Shown in pieces: positions 18,901-27,887 of a DNA stretch of 64,000 bases. The notes beneath the pieces were generated by a model. It had not been told where the DNA came from. It worked only from the letters and a program-made list of their open reading frames with translations, and did no database searches. Source of the DNA: Nanobdellota archaeon (GTDB taxonomy: Archaea > Nanobdellota > Nanobdellia > Woesearchaeales > UBA583); NCBI GenBank assembly GCA_048625195.1, contig JBMCRE010000001.1:5396-69395 (forward strand), in the 5' to 3' direction. The stretch's first letter is position 1. Each line of letters opens with the position of its first letter. Both the position numbers and the translations under genes were made by a program.

Positions 18901-19250
18901 CTTATGACAAAAAAGAGTCAGAAGAGTTATATAAATATGAGGATAAATTGTCTGATTTACAAAAGAATGTAAATATGCAAATTAATGAATTGAAATTAAT
19001 TGTTGATCAAACTAAAAAACAAGTTGAATCTTTTAGCTATGATAAAATTAATACTTATATACATAAAAACAAGGTGTATGATTTAGTTCATAATATGCAA
19101 GAGTATGAAGAACAGTTGGTAGCATTAATTGAAAATTTACAATCTAAAGGAGCAAGTGACGAATATATTAAAATAGCTTTAACCAATAAAGGACATCCAA
19201 GATTTTATGTTAAATTTGTAATGGAAAATTTATATGAACTTTTTAATTAA
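15990..19250 (+). CDS. Giant coiled-coil protein (1086 aa) with a short globular C-terminus
   Basis: Nearly the entire sequence is K/E/N/L/I heptad-like coiled coil with no Walker motifs (so not SMC/Rad50). The last ~60 aa (..KGHPRFYVKFVMENLYELFN) are non-repetitive. Two antisense track ORFs inside it are artefacts. Confidence 0.6.
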   Translation: MNNTRDDFAKKNKGKHKEKHHVEINKKDDDSLKVNKNMNILEESLDMTKKLKLEIKKIHSSKEQLKKHLESLQKRIDKHEISKNISNKNVDKEDISSNVLSHLKQEIEKDFEPIFEKYDINFAKENILNEVNDTIESQFQKLKSQIDSSNFKEKRYNTQKLSDLEARVLESLSENKKLNEEIKKIQKSAKNLKLSQEIETKIYEVVSKFNKKYFKMLDANTIEVEEIKQDTLKIDKQISKVKKVLQEEFKEKNTDIASIRSKITNLEKDNESIKKLLERYENDLYNKSNQEFVKIESKIQKAFEKKLTNYSEKLNENLSNKIFDSLEELKKLKLNIEKQTDKIKTDFLNQKNSQEDFLITKYNQIIDNIEYTKNKIADENKKELSLIRDDVLNRIKDDVKNKIEKLILKYKDEKLNFENELNSYKNELEKTSRKSINDILKKTQELKFSKQDIDKFVDNIKEEVVEQNKKFEEFKNNLMLENKENKSNLIDEISKKEAKSKAEINDLINSTKEEISSQIVSNNEFLNKINVDNKKNKEEIFEQIDSKFLKTNEQYNQEFNSQMLLFNRKIEEKEQEFENKLQEIENQENKIIEELNEYKTNLGELTKNYIDQLDKELQNLKRTEANFEDEVHAYSIKIDELTKIKKLELTDHTQELQKELKYILEEQKNKFEVNENNFKEIFREKINNLNDTINHRLDKIEKTIYDKSLEKIEKKISKELEIFKTYEQTIELKESELSKKIDSINDEHELIMADIEVAKNTLKDKIEEKLNQTDKEIKNKFLDYDSDFSNFKHLIVDEIEDFIKEIDTKFINYDSSLQKFKTAIIDEVEGFVKQIHQDTTSKTQKVESTMTKLNFTNTQINETFSKLKNFEEIFNNQIDGLKLQIKNNEEKINQLNLDTAKEYSNKNILYDISVPKMSNNQDDINSEIEKLRLEIQNNKKKINNIDSNYYVDNYQNRGDSNLESLGFDIKTYDKKESEELYKYEDKLSDLQKNVNMQINELKLIVDQTKKQVESFSYDKINTYIHKNKVYDLVHNMQEYEEQLVALIENLQSKGASDEYIKIALTNKGHPRFYVKFVMENLYELFN

Positions 19251-19278
19251 TTTATAATTTTTTAACTTTTATCTAATT

Positions 19279-19941
19279 TTACTTGGATTTTTGATCCCAA
19301 CTGTTAAAATATACCATGTTTTTTGTTGGTATTTTTTTTACTGTTGGGTTCTCTAAAGGATATCCTATTGGAATAATTGCATCTATATTTAAGTGAGGAG
19401 GAACATTGAAAATGGATTTTAAAACGTTATTGTCACCACATTCTACCCAGCATGCACCTAAATTGTAAAAGTGAGTAGTCATTATGATATTTTCAATTAA
19501 TGCTGCGGTATTTTGAATAGAATATGTTTTTCCATATTCTGGATATACATTAATTATTTCATTATCATCTCTTACTATAACTAAACAATATGGTGCATCT
19601 GATATCCAATATTGCTGTAGAGCTGCTTGTGCAGCTTTATATTTAGTTTCTTGATTGTCTACAACTATTATTTTTGTGTTTTGTATATTACCTGCACACG
19701 GAGCATTTAGTCCAGATTCTATGATTGTATGAATTATTTTGTAATCAATTTGTTTGTTTGAAAATTTTCTAATACTTCTTCTTGTTTTGAATTTTTCAAT
19801 ACATTGTTCTTCAAAAGATTTTTTTAATTTCTCATTTTCTTGTCTTAGTTGTTTTATTTCTTCTTTTGCTGTTATCGAATTAGATTTTTTACTAAATATG
19901 TTTTGGGGTTTTAATAGTATTTTTTGTATTTTTTCTTTCAT
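19279..19941 (-). CDS. Nitroreductase-family (FMN-dependent NAD(P)H oxidoreductase) protein with ~55-aa N-terminal coiled-coil extension
   Basis: RRSIRKFSNKQIDYKIIHTIIESGLNAPCAGNIQNTKIIVV matches the nitroreductase N-terminal FMN-binding region. C-terminal ..IIPIGYP. Confidence 0.7.
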   Translation of the reverse strand: MKEKIQKILLKPQNIFSKKSNSITAKEEIKQLRQENEKLKKSFEEQCIEKFKTRRSIRKFSNKQIDYKIIHTIIESGLNAPCAGNIQNTKIIVVDNQETKYKAAQAALQQYWISDAPYCLVIVRDDNEIINVYPEYGKTYSIQNTAALIENIIMTTHFYNLGACWVECGDNNVLKSIFNVPPHLNIDAIIPIGYPLENPTVKKIPTKNMVYFNSWDQKSK

Positions 19942-20481
19942 AAATATAATAATTATAATGAAAGTTTATAAATTTTTTTAATAAAAAATATAATATTTTT
20001 AGTTTTTAATAATAGTATCTTTTCTTTTTTCGATTATTACATAAATAAATTTAAAAATACTTTATATTTTTAAAAGAATAATGGATAAAGAAAACAAAGA
20101 GGGAATTTCAAATTATATTGAAAAAAATATGAATTTCACAGATTTTTTTTATCTTCTTTTTTAATTATATCAATTGCTTTTTAGTACAAAAATGGTATAG
20201 GGATTTTATTTTATGATGATTTAAATAACATTGGCACTATAATTGAAAATGATATTTCAATTGCTTTGTTTGTATTCTAAAGGCATTTATAACCGAAGAT
20301 TATTCAAAAACCGCTTTAAAAAGAGCAAATCTTGATGATTTAAAGCCAAAAATGAGTAATTTGAAGTAATATTTTTATATTGTTTTATCTAAATTGAATA
20401 AAAATATTTATTTTATAAAATAATTTTATATTTAATTTTCTAACCACTTTTTTTATAAATAAGTTTGGATTATTTGTTTGT

Positions 20482-22230
20482 ATGAATAAGACAAGTAATA
20501 AGCTTTTTTTCGAAGAGTTGATAAACAAAATACATAATAATAATATTTCATCTGCAAAAGAATTAAATTTATTAAAGATAAAACTTGCTAAAAAATATAA
20601 AATTAATAAAGTTGTTAAAAATTCTCAAATAATTGGATTTGCAGATAAGGAAACAAGGGAAAAATTAATCAATTTATTGAATATCAAACCTATTAGAGAT
20701 ATTTCTGGAGTAAATGTTGTTGCTTTATTTACAAAACCACATAATTGTCCTCATGGTAGATGTGTTTATTGTCCTGGTGGATTAAAGTCAGAATTTGGTG
20801 ATACACCACAAAGTTATACTGGATTTGAACCTGCAGCACTTCGAGCAATTAGAAATAATTATGATCCTTATTTTCAAGTTTTTAATAGATTAGAACATTA
20901 TGTAATAAATGGCAAAATTCCTGATAAGTTAGAATTAATTTTTATGGGAGGAACTTTTCCTGTTTTAGATAAGAACTATAGAGATAATTTTGTCTATTAT
21001 GTATATAAAGCTATTAATGATTTTAGTGAAGAATTTTTATATTTAGATGAAAATAATAAGAAGCAAGTTGATTTTAAAAAGTTCAATATTTTTTTTGAAA
21101 CAGATAAAGATTTAAATTCTAAAGAAAGAGAAAAAAATATATTAGAGAAATTTGAACAATTAAAATATAACAATAATAATGATAGTTGTGATAATTATAA
21201 AGATGAAATAAAAAAAGTTCAATATGCTTTAATTCGCCCAATTGGTTTAACTATTGAAACAAGACCAGATGAGACATTAAAGAAAAGTTGTTTAGAGATG
21301 TTAAATTATGGATGTACTAGATTTGAGATAGGTGTGCAATCTTTAAATGATGAAGTATTGAAAAAAAATAATAGAGGTCATGGTTTGAAAGAAATCAAGG
21401 AATCTTTTGAAATTTTAAAAGATATGTGTTTTAAAATTAATGTGCATATGATGATTGGTCTTGCTTTTTCTGATATTGCCAAAGATAAAAAGTCTTTAAT
21501 TGATTTGTTTAAAGATAGGAGTTTTAGGCCAGATATGATAAAAATATATCCTTGTTTAGTTGTTAGAGGTACTAAACTTTATGATATGTATAAATTAGGA
21601 CAATATACTCCGATTAAAACACAAAAAGCTAGTGAAATAATCTCTAAGAGTTTTAAATATTTTCCAAGATATGTTAGGGTTATGAGAGTTCAAAGGGATA
21701 TTCCAACTCAAAATGTAGTAGCAGGAGTTTTAAACTCAAACTTGAGAGATTATGTTGATGCAAAATTAAAAAACGAAAATATAATCTCTATTGATATTCG
21801 TTCACGAGAAATAGGCCATAGGTTGTTAAAAGGATATAATATAGGTGATTTTAAAATTAAAGTAACAAAGTATGATTCTTCAGGAGGAATAGATTTTTTT
21901 ATAGAGTCAGTTGATAATCAGGATACTTTGATGGGATTTGTTAGGTTAAGATTTCCAGGGGAATATGGTTATATTGATGAAATAAGTGAAGGAAGTGCCC
22001 TAATTAGGGAATTGCATATTTATGGATCAACAGTTAGTGTAGGAAATTGTGGAGATGTAAAAGATTTTCAACATAAAGGTTGGGGAAAAAAATTATTGCA
22101 AAAAGCTGAGGATATTGCTAAAGAACACGGCTTTGAAAAAATGGTAGTAATTTCAGGAGTAGGTGTTAGGGAATATTATCAAAAACTGGGTTATCATCTT
22201 GAAAAATATTATATGGTAAAAAAAATATAA
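20482..22230 (+). CDS. elp3: Elp3 homolog (radical-SAM + GNAT; tRNA wobble uridine carboxymethylation)
   Basis: Radical SAM cluster motif CPHGRCVYCPGG. Central Elp3 core (IETRPD, RFEIGVQS). C-terminal GNAT domain HKGWGKKLLQKAE..GVG. Confidence 0.9.
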   Translation: MNKTSNKLFFEELINKIHNNNISSAKELNLLKIKLAKKYKINKVVKNSQIIGFADKETREKLINLLNIKPIRDISGVNVVALFTKPHNCPHGRCVYCPGGLKSEFGDTPQSYTGFEPAALRAIRNNYDPYFQVFNRLEHYVINGKIPDKLELIFMGGTFPVLDKNYRDNFVYYVYKAINDFSEEFLYLDENNKKQVDFKKFNIFFETDKDLNSKEREKNILEKFEQLKYNNNNDSCDNYKDEIKKVQYALIRPIGLTIETRPDETLKKSCLEMLNYGCTRFEIGVQSLNDEVLKKNNRGHGLKEIKESFEILKDMCFKINVHMMIGLAFSDIAKDKKSLIDLFKDRSFRPDMIKIYPCLVVRGTKLYDMYKLGQYTPIKTQKASEIISKSFKYFPRYVRVMRVQRDIPTQNVVAGVLNSNLRDYVDAKLKNENIISIDIRSREIGHRLLKGYNIGDFKIKVTKYDSSGGIDFFIESVDNQDTLMGFVRLRFPGEYGYIDEISEGSALIRELHIYGSTVSVGNCGDVKDFQHKGWGKKLLQKAEDIAKEHGFEKMVVISGVGVREYYQKLGYHLEKYYMVKKI

Positions 22231-22325
22231 AATAACTAATACTAAAATAAAAAAGAATATTTTTCCATTATTTAGCAATTTTAGTGTAATTATAATAACA
22301 TTTTTTCTTGTTTTCTTTTTTATGT

Positions 22326-23039
22326 TTAATTAAATTTAGTTTTTTTTAGTGGATTAAGAATATTAAAAATTGCATTTAAGAGTATTTTGAAAAATTTTGT
22401 TTTTGTTAGAGGATGTTTTATAACTATTGTTTTGTTTTGTTTGATTGCATTAATGATATCTTTTTTATTATTTGAAGAGTTAATTAATGTGTATACATTT
22501 CCTTGAAAATTTAGATTATGTACATCACAATTTCCTACAAGTGGTTTATTATATTTTTGTGCCATCTTTATTGTCTTTTTGTTTAAATTAAAATTTTTTA
22601 AGTAAAAAAAAGAAATTTCGTAGGCATCAAATAATGTTTTATATTTTTTTATATTGTCTTTTAGGCAACTTGAATGAATAAAATATGGGTGTGGTGCAAT
22701 TATTAACATTTGAGGATTATTGTTTTTAAGTGTTTGTAATTGATTTAAAGATTTTATCTTTTCAACTTCTTCTTTAGGAGCATTATAAATTAATACATGT
22801 TGTTTATTGATTGTTTTTTCAATTCCTTCAATTAATGTGATTCCTTTTGTTTTTGCGTATTTTATAGCATTATTGTCATCGAAATTTTTATCATGACAAG
22901 TAATACCAATGACATGATATCCTCTTTTATACATTTCATCTATAATTTGTTTATTAGTATATCGAATTGAAGTGTCCTTAGGGTCTAAATTGGTATGAAT
23001 GTGTAATTCTGTTTTTAATTGTGCTTGAGTGTTCAACAT
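22326..23039 (-). CDS. PHP-domain metal-dependent phosphoesterase
   Basis: ELHIHTNLD (PHP motif I HxH) and GITCHD (motif II), with further His/Asp positions (APHPYF, GNCDVHNL). Confidence 0.6.
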   Translation of the reverse strand: MLNTQAQLKTELHIHTNLDPKDTSIRYTNKQIIDEMYKRGYHVIGITCHDKNFDDNNAIKYAKTKGITLIEGIEKTINKQHVLIYNAPKEEVEKIKSLNQLQTLKNNNPQMLIIAPHPYFIHSSCLKDNIKKYKTLFDAYEISFFYLKNFNLNKKTIKMAQKYNKPLVGNCDVHNLNFQGNVYTLINSSNNKKDIINAIKQNKTIVIKHPLTKTKFFKILLNAIFNILNPLKKTKFN

Positions 23040-23140
23040 ACTTTATTAAATATAAATTTATTTATATGCGTTTTTAAAATAAATATTTGACATTAATGTT
23101 ATAACAAACTTTTATAAATAATCTTATTTTATATAGATAT

Positions 23141-23302
23141 ATGAATAATAATTTAAAAAAATTTGGTATTATGTTGATTTTATTATCAATTTTTTTGACA
23201 ATTCCTTATTTATTTACAAAAAATATTGGACTCTCTGTTCTTATAGCATTAATTGCTTTAGTTGTTGTGAAATGAGAAGAGATTAAGAGCTTTAGGGCTT
23301 AA
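23141..23302 (+). CDS. Possible small membrane/Cys-rich peptide (53 aa, MNNNLKKFGIMLILLSIFLTIPYLFTKKYWTLCSYSINCFSCCEMRRIKSFRA) running into the tandem repeat
   Basis: Read from the sequence. The frame depends on an A7 homopolymer (23218-23224). With A6 it would instead be a 44-aa purely hydrophobic peptide ending at 23276. Speculative. Confidence 0.2.
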
Positions 23303-23488
23303 GAGACTAAGAGCTTAAGGGACTAAGTGATTAAGAGATTAAGAGTTTTAGGGCTTAAGAGACTAAGAGCTTAAGGGACTAAGTGATTAAGAGATTAAGA
23401 GTTTTAGGGCTTAAGAGACTAAGAGCTTAAGGGACTAAGTGATTAAGAGATTAAGACTTTTAGGGCTTAAGAGACTAAGAGCTTAAAG
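23281..23488. repeat. Tandem repeat: 56-bp unit x ~3.7 copies, each unit being 7 degenerate 8-bp sub-repeats (AAGRGNNT: tagggctt/aagagact/aagagctt/aagggact/aagtgatt/aagagatt/aagagttt)
   Basis: tagggcttaagagactaagag... recurs at 23293, 23349, 23405 and 23461 (exact 56-nt spacing). Stops occur in all six frames, so it is noncoding. GC-richer than its surroundings. No unique spacers, so it is not CRISPR. Confidence 0.85.
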
Positions 23489-23999
23489 AAGTGTTAGCTT
23501 TTTAGCTCTTCATCACTTGAACTATATAAATTAATATTCATTGAATATGTAATTTATTTTTTTATTAGAGTGTAAATATCTTAATATTAAATGAATTTGC
23601 ATAACTATGTCTATTATTATTGCAAAATAAAATAATAATATTTGTATGTTTTGTTTTAATATAAATAATAAAAACATGCATACAAAAAACATGCTATAAA
23701 CTAAGATTAGTTTGTTCTGATAGTCTTTTAGAGATTTATATTTATATTTTCCTACTTTATACATATATTTATTTAAAAATTATTTTATTTATAAATTTAA
23801 TTACGTTTTTGTAATATGTGTATTTTATTTGACCGATTTTATACATTCATAATTTTTAGAAGTAACAACAAGTTTTAATTTAAAAATAATATCTCAATAG
23901 ATTTTTTGATGTAAAATGTTTTTTGTGTATATTTCTCAATCAAAATAATAATAATTATAATGAGTTTAACTTACTTTAACTTGACTTTACCTAAAAAGA

Positions 24000-24680
24000 T
24001 TATATTTGTCGGTTTAACAAGGTAATAGGATATACCACATTTTTTCCAGACATTCGTTCTATTTTAATATTCTGCTCAAGTTCTAATTCTTTTAAATAAT
24101 TATAAAAAGTAGCTTTTGAACAGTATCTATAATGATCTACGAATAAAAATTTTAATTCACTTAGATACATCCCATTTTCAGATATCATAGTTGTTAATTT
24201 TTGTTTTAGTATCTCTCTTTTGTTTGCTTTTGCTTTAAATGCTAAGAGTGCTTCATATGGATCTTTGATATGACTACTTTGGGTTTTTTTATTTTTATTT
24301 GATAAATTCGTTTGCATGTTTTCGTTTTCATTACTAACGTTATTGGAGTTTGTAATTACTTCATGCTGTGTTTGTTTTGGAGTATTAGTAGATATGTTTT
24401 CGTTTTTATTGGTTTGAGGAATATTGTGTTTATTTGATTGAAAATCCTTTATATAATCTATTGCTATTTTTAAACCATTTAATTCGCCTTTTAGTTCAGA
24501 AATATTATAATTAAGGTTATCTATTTTGTTTCTTAATTGAGAATTTTCTTCATTGATTTTATATAAATTGTTTTTTAATTGAAAATTTTCATCTTTTAGA
24601 GTTTCTATATCAAGTTTGCATTTTGCAAAACCTTTTTTGATTATATCTCTGATGTCATCCATATTATTATTTAATTTCAC
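24000..24680 (-). CDS. Coiled-coil protein with C-terminal winged-helix domain (putative DNA-binding regulator)
   Basis: N-terminal ~90 aa heptad-rich (LKDENFQLKNNLYKINEENSQLRNKIDNL...). C-terminus ..MYLSELKFLFVDHYRYCSKATFYNYLKELELEQNIKIERMSGKNVVYPITL looks wHTH-like. Confidence 0.4.
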   Translation of the reverse strand: MKLNNNMDDIRDIIKKGFAKCKLDIETLKDENFQLKNNLYKINEENSQLRNKIDNLNYNISELKGELNGLKIAIDYIKDFQSNKHNIPQTNKNENISTNTPKQTQHEVITNSNNVSNENENMQTNLSNKNKKTQSSHIKDPYEALLAFKAKANKREILKQKLTTMISENGMYLSELKFLFVDHYRYCSKATFYNYLKELELEQNIKIERMSGKNVVYPITLLNRQI

Positions 24681-25113
24681 TTATTTATATAATTTATGTT
24701 TTTAAAGAGTAGTTGTTATTTGAAAAATTGTACTTTATTAGGTTTAAATATATTTGTCAAAGAGTATATAATTATGTTAAATAATAAATATATTTAAAAA
24801 AAAATGTCACTAACCAAGATGTGCTAACAAAATTTATAACTAAAACTATTTTTAGATATTCTATAATGGAAAAAGTAGAAATAAAAAAAATATCTATTAA
24901 AGATCAAGAAGAAGAAAAAATTAAAAATCAAAAATTTGTTGAATCTATGCTTAGAAGAATGAATCAAAAAAAATATACTTAAAGTTTTTACTATGTTTTA
25001 TTTTATATTGTACTTATTTTATTGATAATTCCTTAAATTATTAGTTTTATTTTGTTTGTAAAAGCTATTTTTTAGTAATAAAATTTATAAAGCGTTTTTA
25101 ATTATCTTTATTT

Positions 25114-25434
25114 ATGAAAATTCCTAAACAAATAAAGAGGTATTGTCCTAGTTGCAAAAAACATACTTCTCAAAAAGTTAAAAATGAAAAAAATAGAGGA
25201 AAGAGTAAAACTCATCCTTTAACAAGATTTTCAAAAGTAAGGCAAGAACTTAGAGGTATTGGTATTGGTAGAGGAAATCAAGGAAGAATGAGTAGAGGAG
25301 CTATGAATTCTTGGAAAAGATTTAACAAGAAACATTCTAAGAAAACTGATTTTAGATATAAATGTATGGAGTGCAATAAAACTAATGTATCTGCTAGTTC
25401 TGGAATTAGATCTAAAAAAATTTCTGTTGAGTAA
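25114..25434 (+). CDS. rpl44e: Ribosomal protein L44e (eL42)
   Basis: KQIKRYCPSCKKHTSQKV...KCMECNK zinc ribbon plus basic K/R-rich middle, as in L44e. Confidence 0.85.
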   Translation: MKIPKQIKRYCPSCKKHTSQKVKNEKNRGKSKTHPLTRFSKVRQELRGIGIGRGNQGRMSRGAMNSWKRFNKKHSKKTDFRYKCMECNKTNVSASSGIRSKKISVE

Positions 25435-25499
25435 ATATTATAATTTTTTATTAATTATAGTTTTTATAATTTTTTAAGTTATATATTATTATTTTTTAA

Positions 25500-27272
25500 A
25501 TGGTACGGCTAGCAGTTATAAATAAGGAAAAGTGTAAACCTAATGTTTGTAGTTGGGAGTGTGCTAAATCGTGTCCTGTGAATATGACAGGTTCAGAATG
25601 TATATATGAAGGTCCTGATAAGAAATCAAGGATTGATGAGATATTATGTACAGGATGTGGAATTTGTCCTAAACAGTGTCCTTTTTCCGCTATTACTATT
25701 ATTAATTTACCTGAAGCTTTAAATAAAGATCCTATACATCAATATGGTGAAAATGGTTTTAGAATATTTGATTTACCAATAATTCAAGAAGGCAAAATCA
25801 CAGGAATTTTAGGTAGAAATGGAATAGGAAAATCTACAGTAATTAATGTTTTAGCAAATACTTTGTATGCTAATTTTGGAGATAATTCTAAGTTAGAAGA
25901 TAAAAAAAATAAAGAAGAGTATTTTAAACAATTAAGTAGTTTATTTAAAGGTAGTTTACTTCAAAATTATTTTTTAAGATTAGAAAAAGGAGAAATTAAA
26001 ATTTCTTATAAACCTCAACAAATAATTAATATTCCTAAATTGTTTAAAGGAAAAGTAAAAGATTTATTTTTAAAGGTAAATAGTGATATAAAAAAAATTG
26101 ATAAAATAACTCAAAAATTAGGAATTGAACAGGTTTTAGATAGAGATATAAGTGTATTATCAGGTGGAGAGTTACAAAGAGTTGCAATAAGTGCTTGTTT
26201 GTTAAAGGATAGTTCTAATTTTTATGTTTTTGATGAAATTACTAATTATTTGGATATTTATCAAAGATTGAATACTTCTAGGTTGATTAAAGAGAGTGTT
26301 GAAAAAAAAACTGCTTTGGTGGTTGAACATGATTTAGTTGTTTTAGATTTTTTAGTAGATTATATCCATATTATGTACGGACAACCTGGTGCTTATGGAA
26401 CAATGACTGGTGTTAAAACATCAAAGGTAGGAATTAATGATTATTTAGAAGGGTTTTCTAAGGAAGAAAATGTGAGATTTAGAGATAAGCCTATTACTTT
26501 TGAAAAGGAAAGTGCAGGGGAGGCAAAAAGAGTTGCAATTCTTGCTAATTGGGAAGATAAAAGTATTTGCTTGGGGGATTTTAAATTAGATATAAAAGGA
26601 GATAATATTAAAAAAGGAGAAATTATTGGAGTTATTGGAAGAAATGCATTAGGTAAATCTACTTTTATAGAACATGTTGCAAAAAATGGTTTTGAAGATG
26701 AGAAAGTTGTTATTTCTTATAAACCACAGTTAATACCAAAAAGTGAAAATACTGTTTATGAAGAATTATGTCAATTTGGTAATTTTACAGATAATTTTTA
26801 TGAAGTATATGTATTAACTCCTTTAAATATTTATAATATATTAGAAAAAAAAGTTGATAATTTATCAGGTGGAGAATTGCAAAGATATGCTATTGCTAAG
26901 TGTTTATTAGAAGATGCTAATTTGTATTTAATTGATGAGCCAACTGCTTTTTTAGATGTTGAAGATAGGCTGAAAATATCTAAGATGATAAAAAATTTTA
27001 TGACATTAAAAGAGAAAAGTTCTTTTATTATTGATCATGATCTTGTATTTTTAGATTATTTATCAGATAAATTACAGGTTTTTATAGGAGAACCTTCTAT
27101 TTATGGAGTAGCAAATAAAACTGAATCTATGAGAGATGGTATGAATCGTTTTTTAAAGGAGTTAAATGTTACATTTAGAAGAGATGAAAATAATAAAAGA
27201 CCTAGAGTAAATAAACCTGGTAGTGTTAAAGATTCTAATCAAAGAAGAATTGGTGAATATTATTATGTGTGA
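25500..27272 (+). CDS. abcE1: ABCE1 / RNase L inhibitor (ribosome recycling ATPase): twin 4Fe-4S domain + two ABC cassettes
   Basis: CKPNVCSWECAKSCPV and CTGCGICPKQCP ferredoxin motifs. Two Walker A (GRNGIGKST, GRNALGKST). Two ABC signatures (LSGGELQR x2). Walker B DE(I/P). Confidence 0.9.
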   Translation: MVRLAVINKEKCKPNVCSWECAKSCPVNMTGSECIYEGPDKKSRIDEILCTGCGICPKQCPFSAITIINLPEALNKDPIHQYGENGFRIFDLPIIQEGKITGILGRNGIGKSTVINVLANTLYANFGDNSKLEDKKNKEEYFKQLSSLFKGSLLQNYFLRLEKGEIKISYKPQQIINIPKLFKGKVKDLFLKVNSDIKKIDKITQKLGIEQVLDRDISVLSGGELQRVAISACLLKDSSNFYVFDEITNYLDIYQRLNTSRLIKESVEKKTALVVEHDLVVLDFLVDYIHIMYGQPGAYGTMTGVKTSKVGINDYLEGFSKEENVRFRDKPITFEKESAGEAKRVAILANWEDKSICLGDFKLDIKGDNIKKGEIIGVIGRNALGKSTFIEHVAKNGFEDEKVVISYKPQLIPKSENTVYEELCQFGNFTDNFYEVYVLTPLNIYNILEKKVDNLSGGELQRYAIAKCLLEDANLYLIDEPTAFLDVEDRLKISKMIKNFMTLKEKSSFIIDHDLVFLDYLSDKLQVFIGEPSIYGVANKTESMRDGMNRFLKELNVTFRRDENNKRPRVNKPGSVKDSNQRRIGEYYYV

Positions 27273-27431
27273 ATCGATTTTTAATTCATTCTAATTCAAA
27301 ATCTTTAATAAATTGTTTAATAAAACTATATTTATTTAGATAGTTAAAACCTTTATCAGTTAGAGAAATAGGGTTTAGATATCAAGTGCTGAAGGGCTGT
27401 TTCTTAATTTATTAAATTCTTTGTCTCTTGT

Positions 27432-27746
27432 TTATCTATAATTTAAAATTAAATATATGATAATGATTGATATAATTAATAAAATAATTACATTTTTTAA
27501 ATCTTTGAATGTATAATTCGTAAAAACAAGAATTAATGTTATAGTTAATGTCATAAGAAAAACTCCTAAAAGGAGTAAATATGTTGTATATGCATAATTA
27601 TTAATTTTTTTTATGTTTTCAACTTGTTCATTATTTTGATTAATATTATTATTTTGATTAGTAGTGTTATTCTGAGAATAAATAGATATTATTGTTGTTA
27701 GTAATATTAAAAATAATAAACTTATATTTATTATATTTTTTTTCAT
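27432..27746 (-). CDS. Small secreted/membrane protein (N-terminal signal, N/Q-rich linker, C-terminal TM), hypothetical
   Basis: MKKNIINISLLFLILLTTIISIYS then NQNNNINQNNEQ then two hydrophobic helices. Confidence 0.3.
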   Translation of the reverse strand: MKKNIINISLLFLILLTTIISIYSQNNTTNQNNNINQNNEQVENIKKINNYAYTTYLLLLGVFLMTLTITLILVFTNYTFKDLKNVIILLIISIIIIYLILNYR

Positions 27747-27887
27747 ATATTTTTATATTTATTATTATATTTAAAGTTTTGTAATTTTATAATATGTATG
27801 ATAAATAATTTTATTTTAAATTGTTTAATATGTTTTAAAAATAATAGTATTTGTTCTGTTTTATATGTTTAAAAAAAATTATAAATT

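Noticed and set aside
19754-19981. Track ORF 75 aa (+) overlapping the nitroreductase gene
   Set aside because: Antisense, hydrophobic low complexity.
23281-23488. Possible CRISPR array
   Set aside because: Units are contiguous 56-mers with no unique spacers, and the sub-structure is an 8-bp degenerate repeat. No cas genes. Classified as a tandem repeat.
23531-23764. Track ORF 77 aa (-)
   Set aside because: Y/K/I/L low-complexity reading in an AT-rich spacer with no motif. Cannot be supported.
24866-24982. 38-aa K/E-rich ORF (MEKVEIKKISIKDQEEEKIKNQKFVESMLRRMNQKKYT) upstream of rpl44e
   Set aside because: Such K/E-rich short frames arise easily in AT-rich DNA. No Cys motif or hydrophobic segment to support it. 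Left as unconfirmed.
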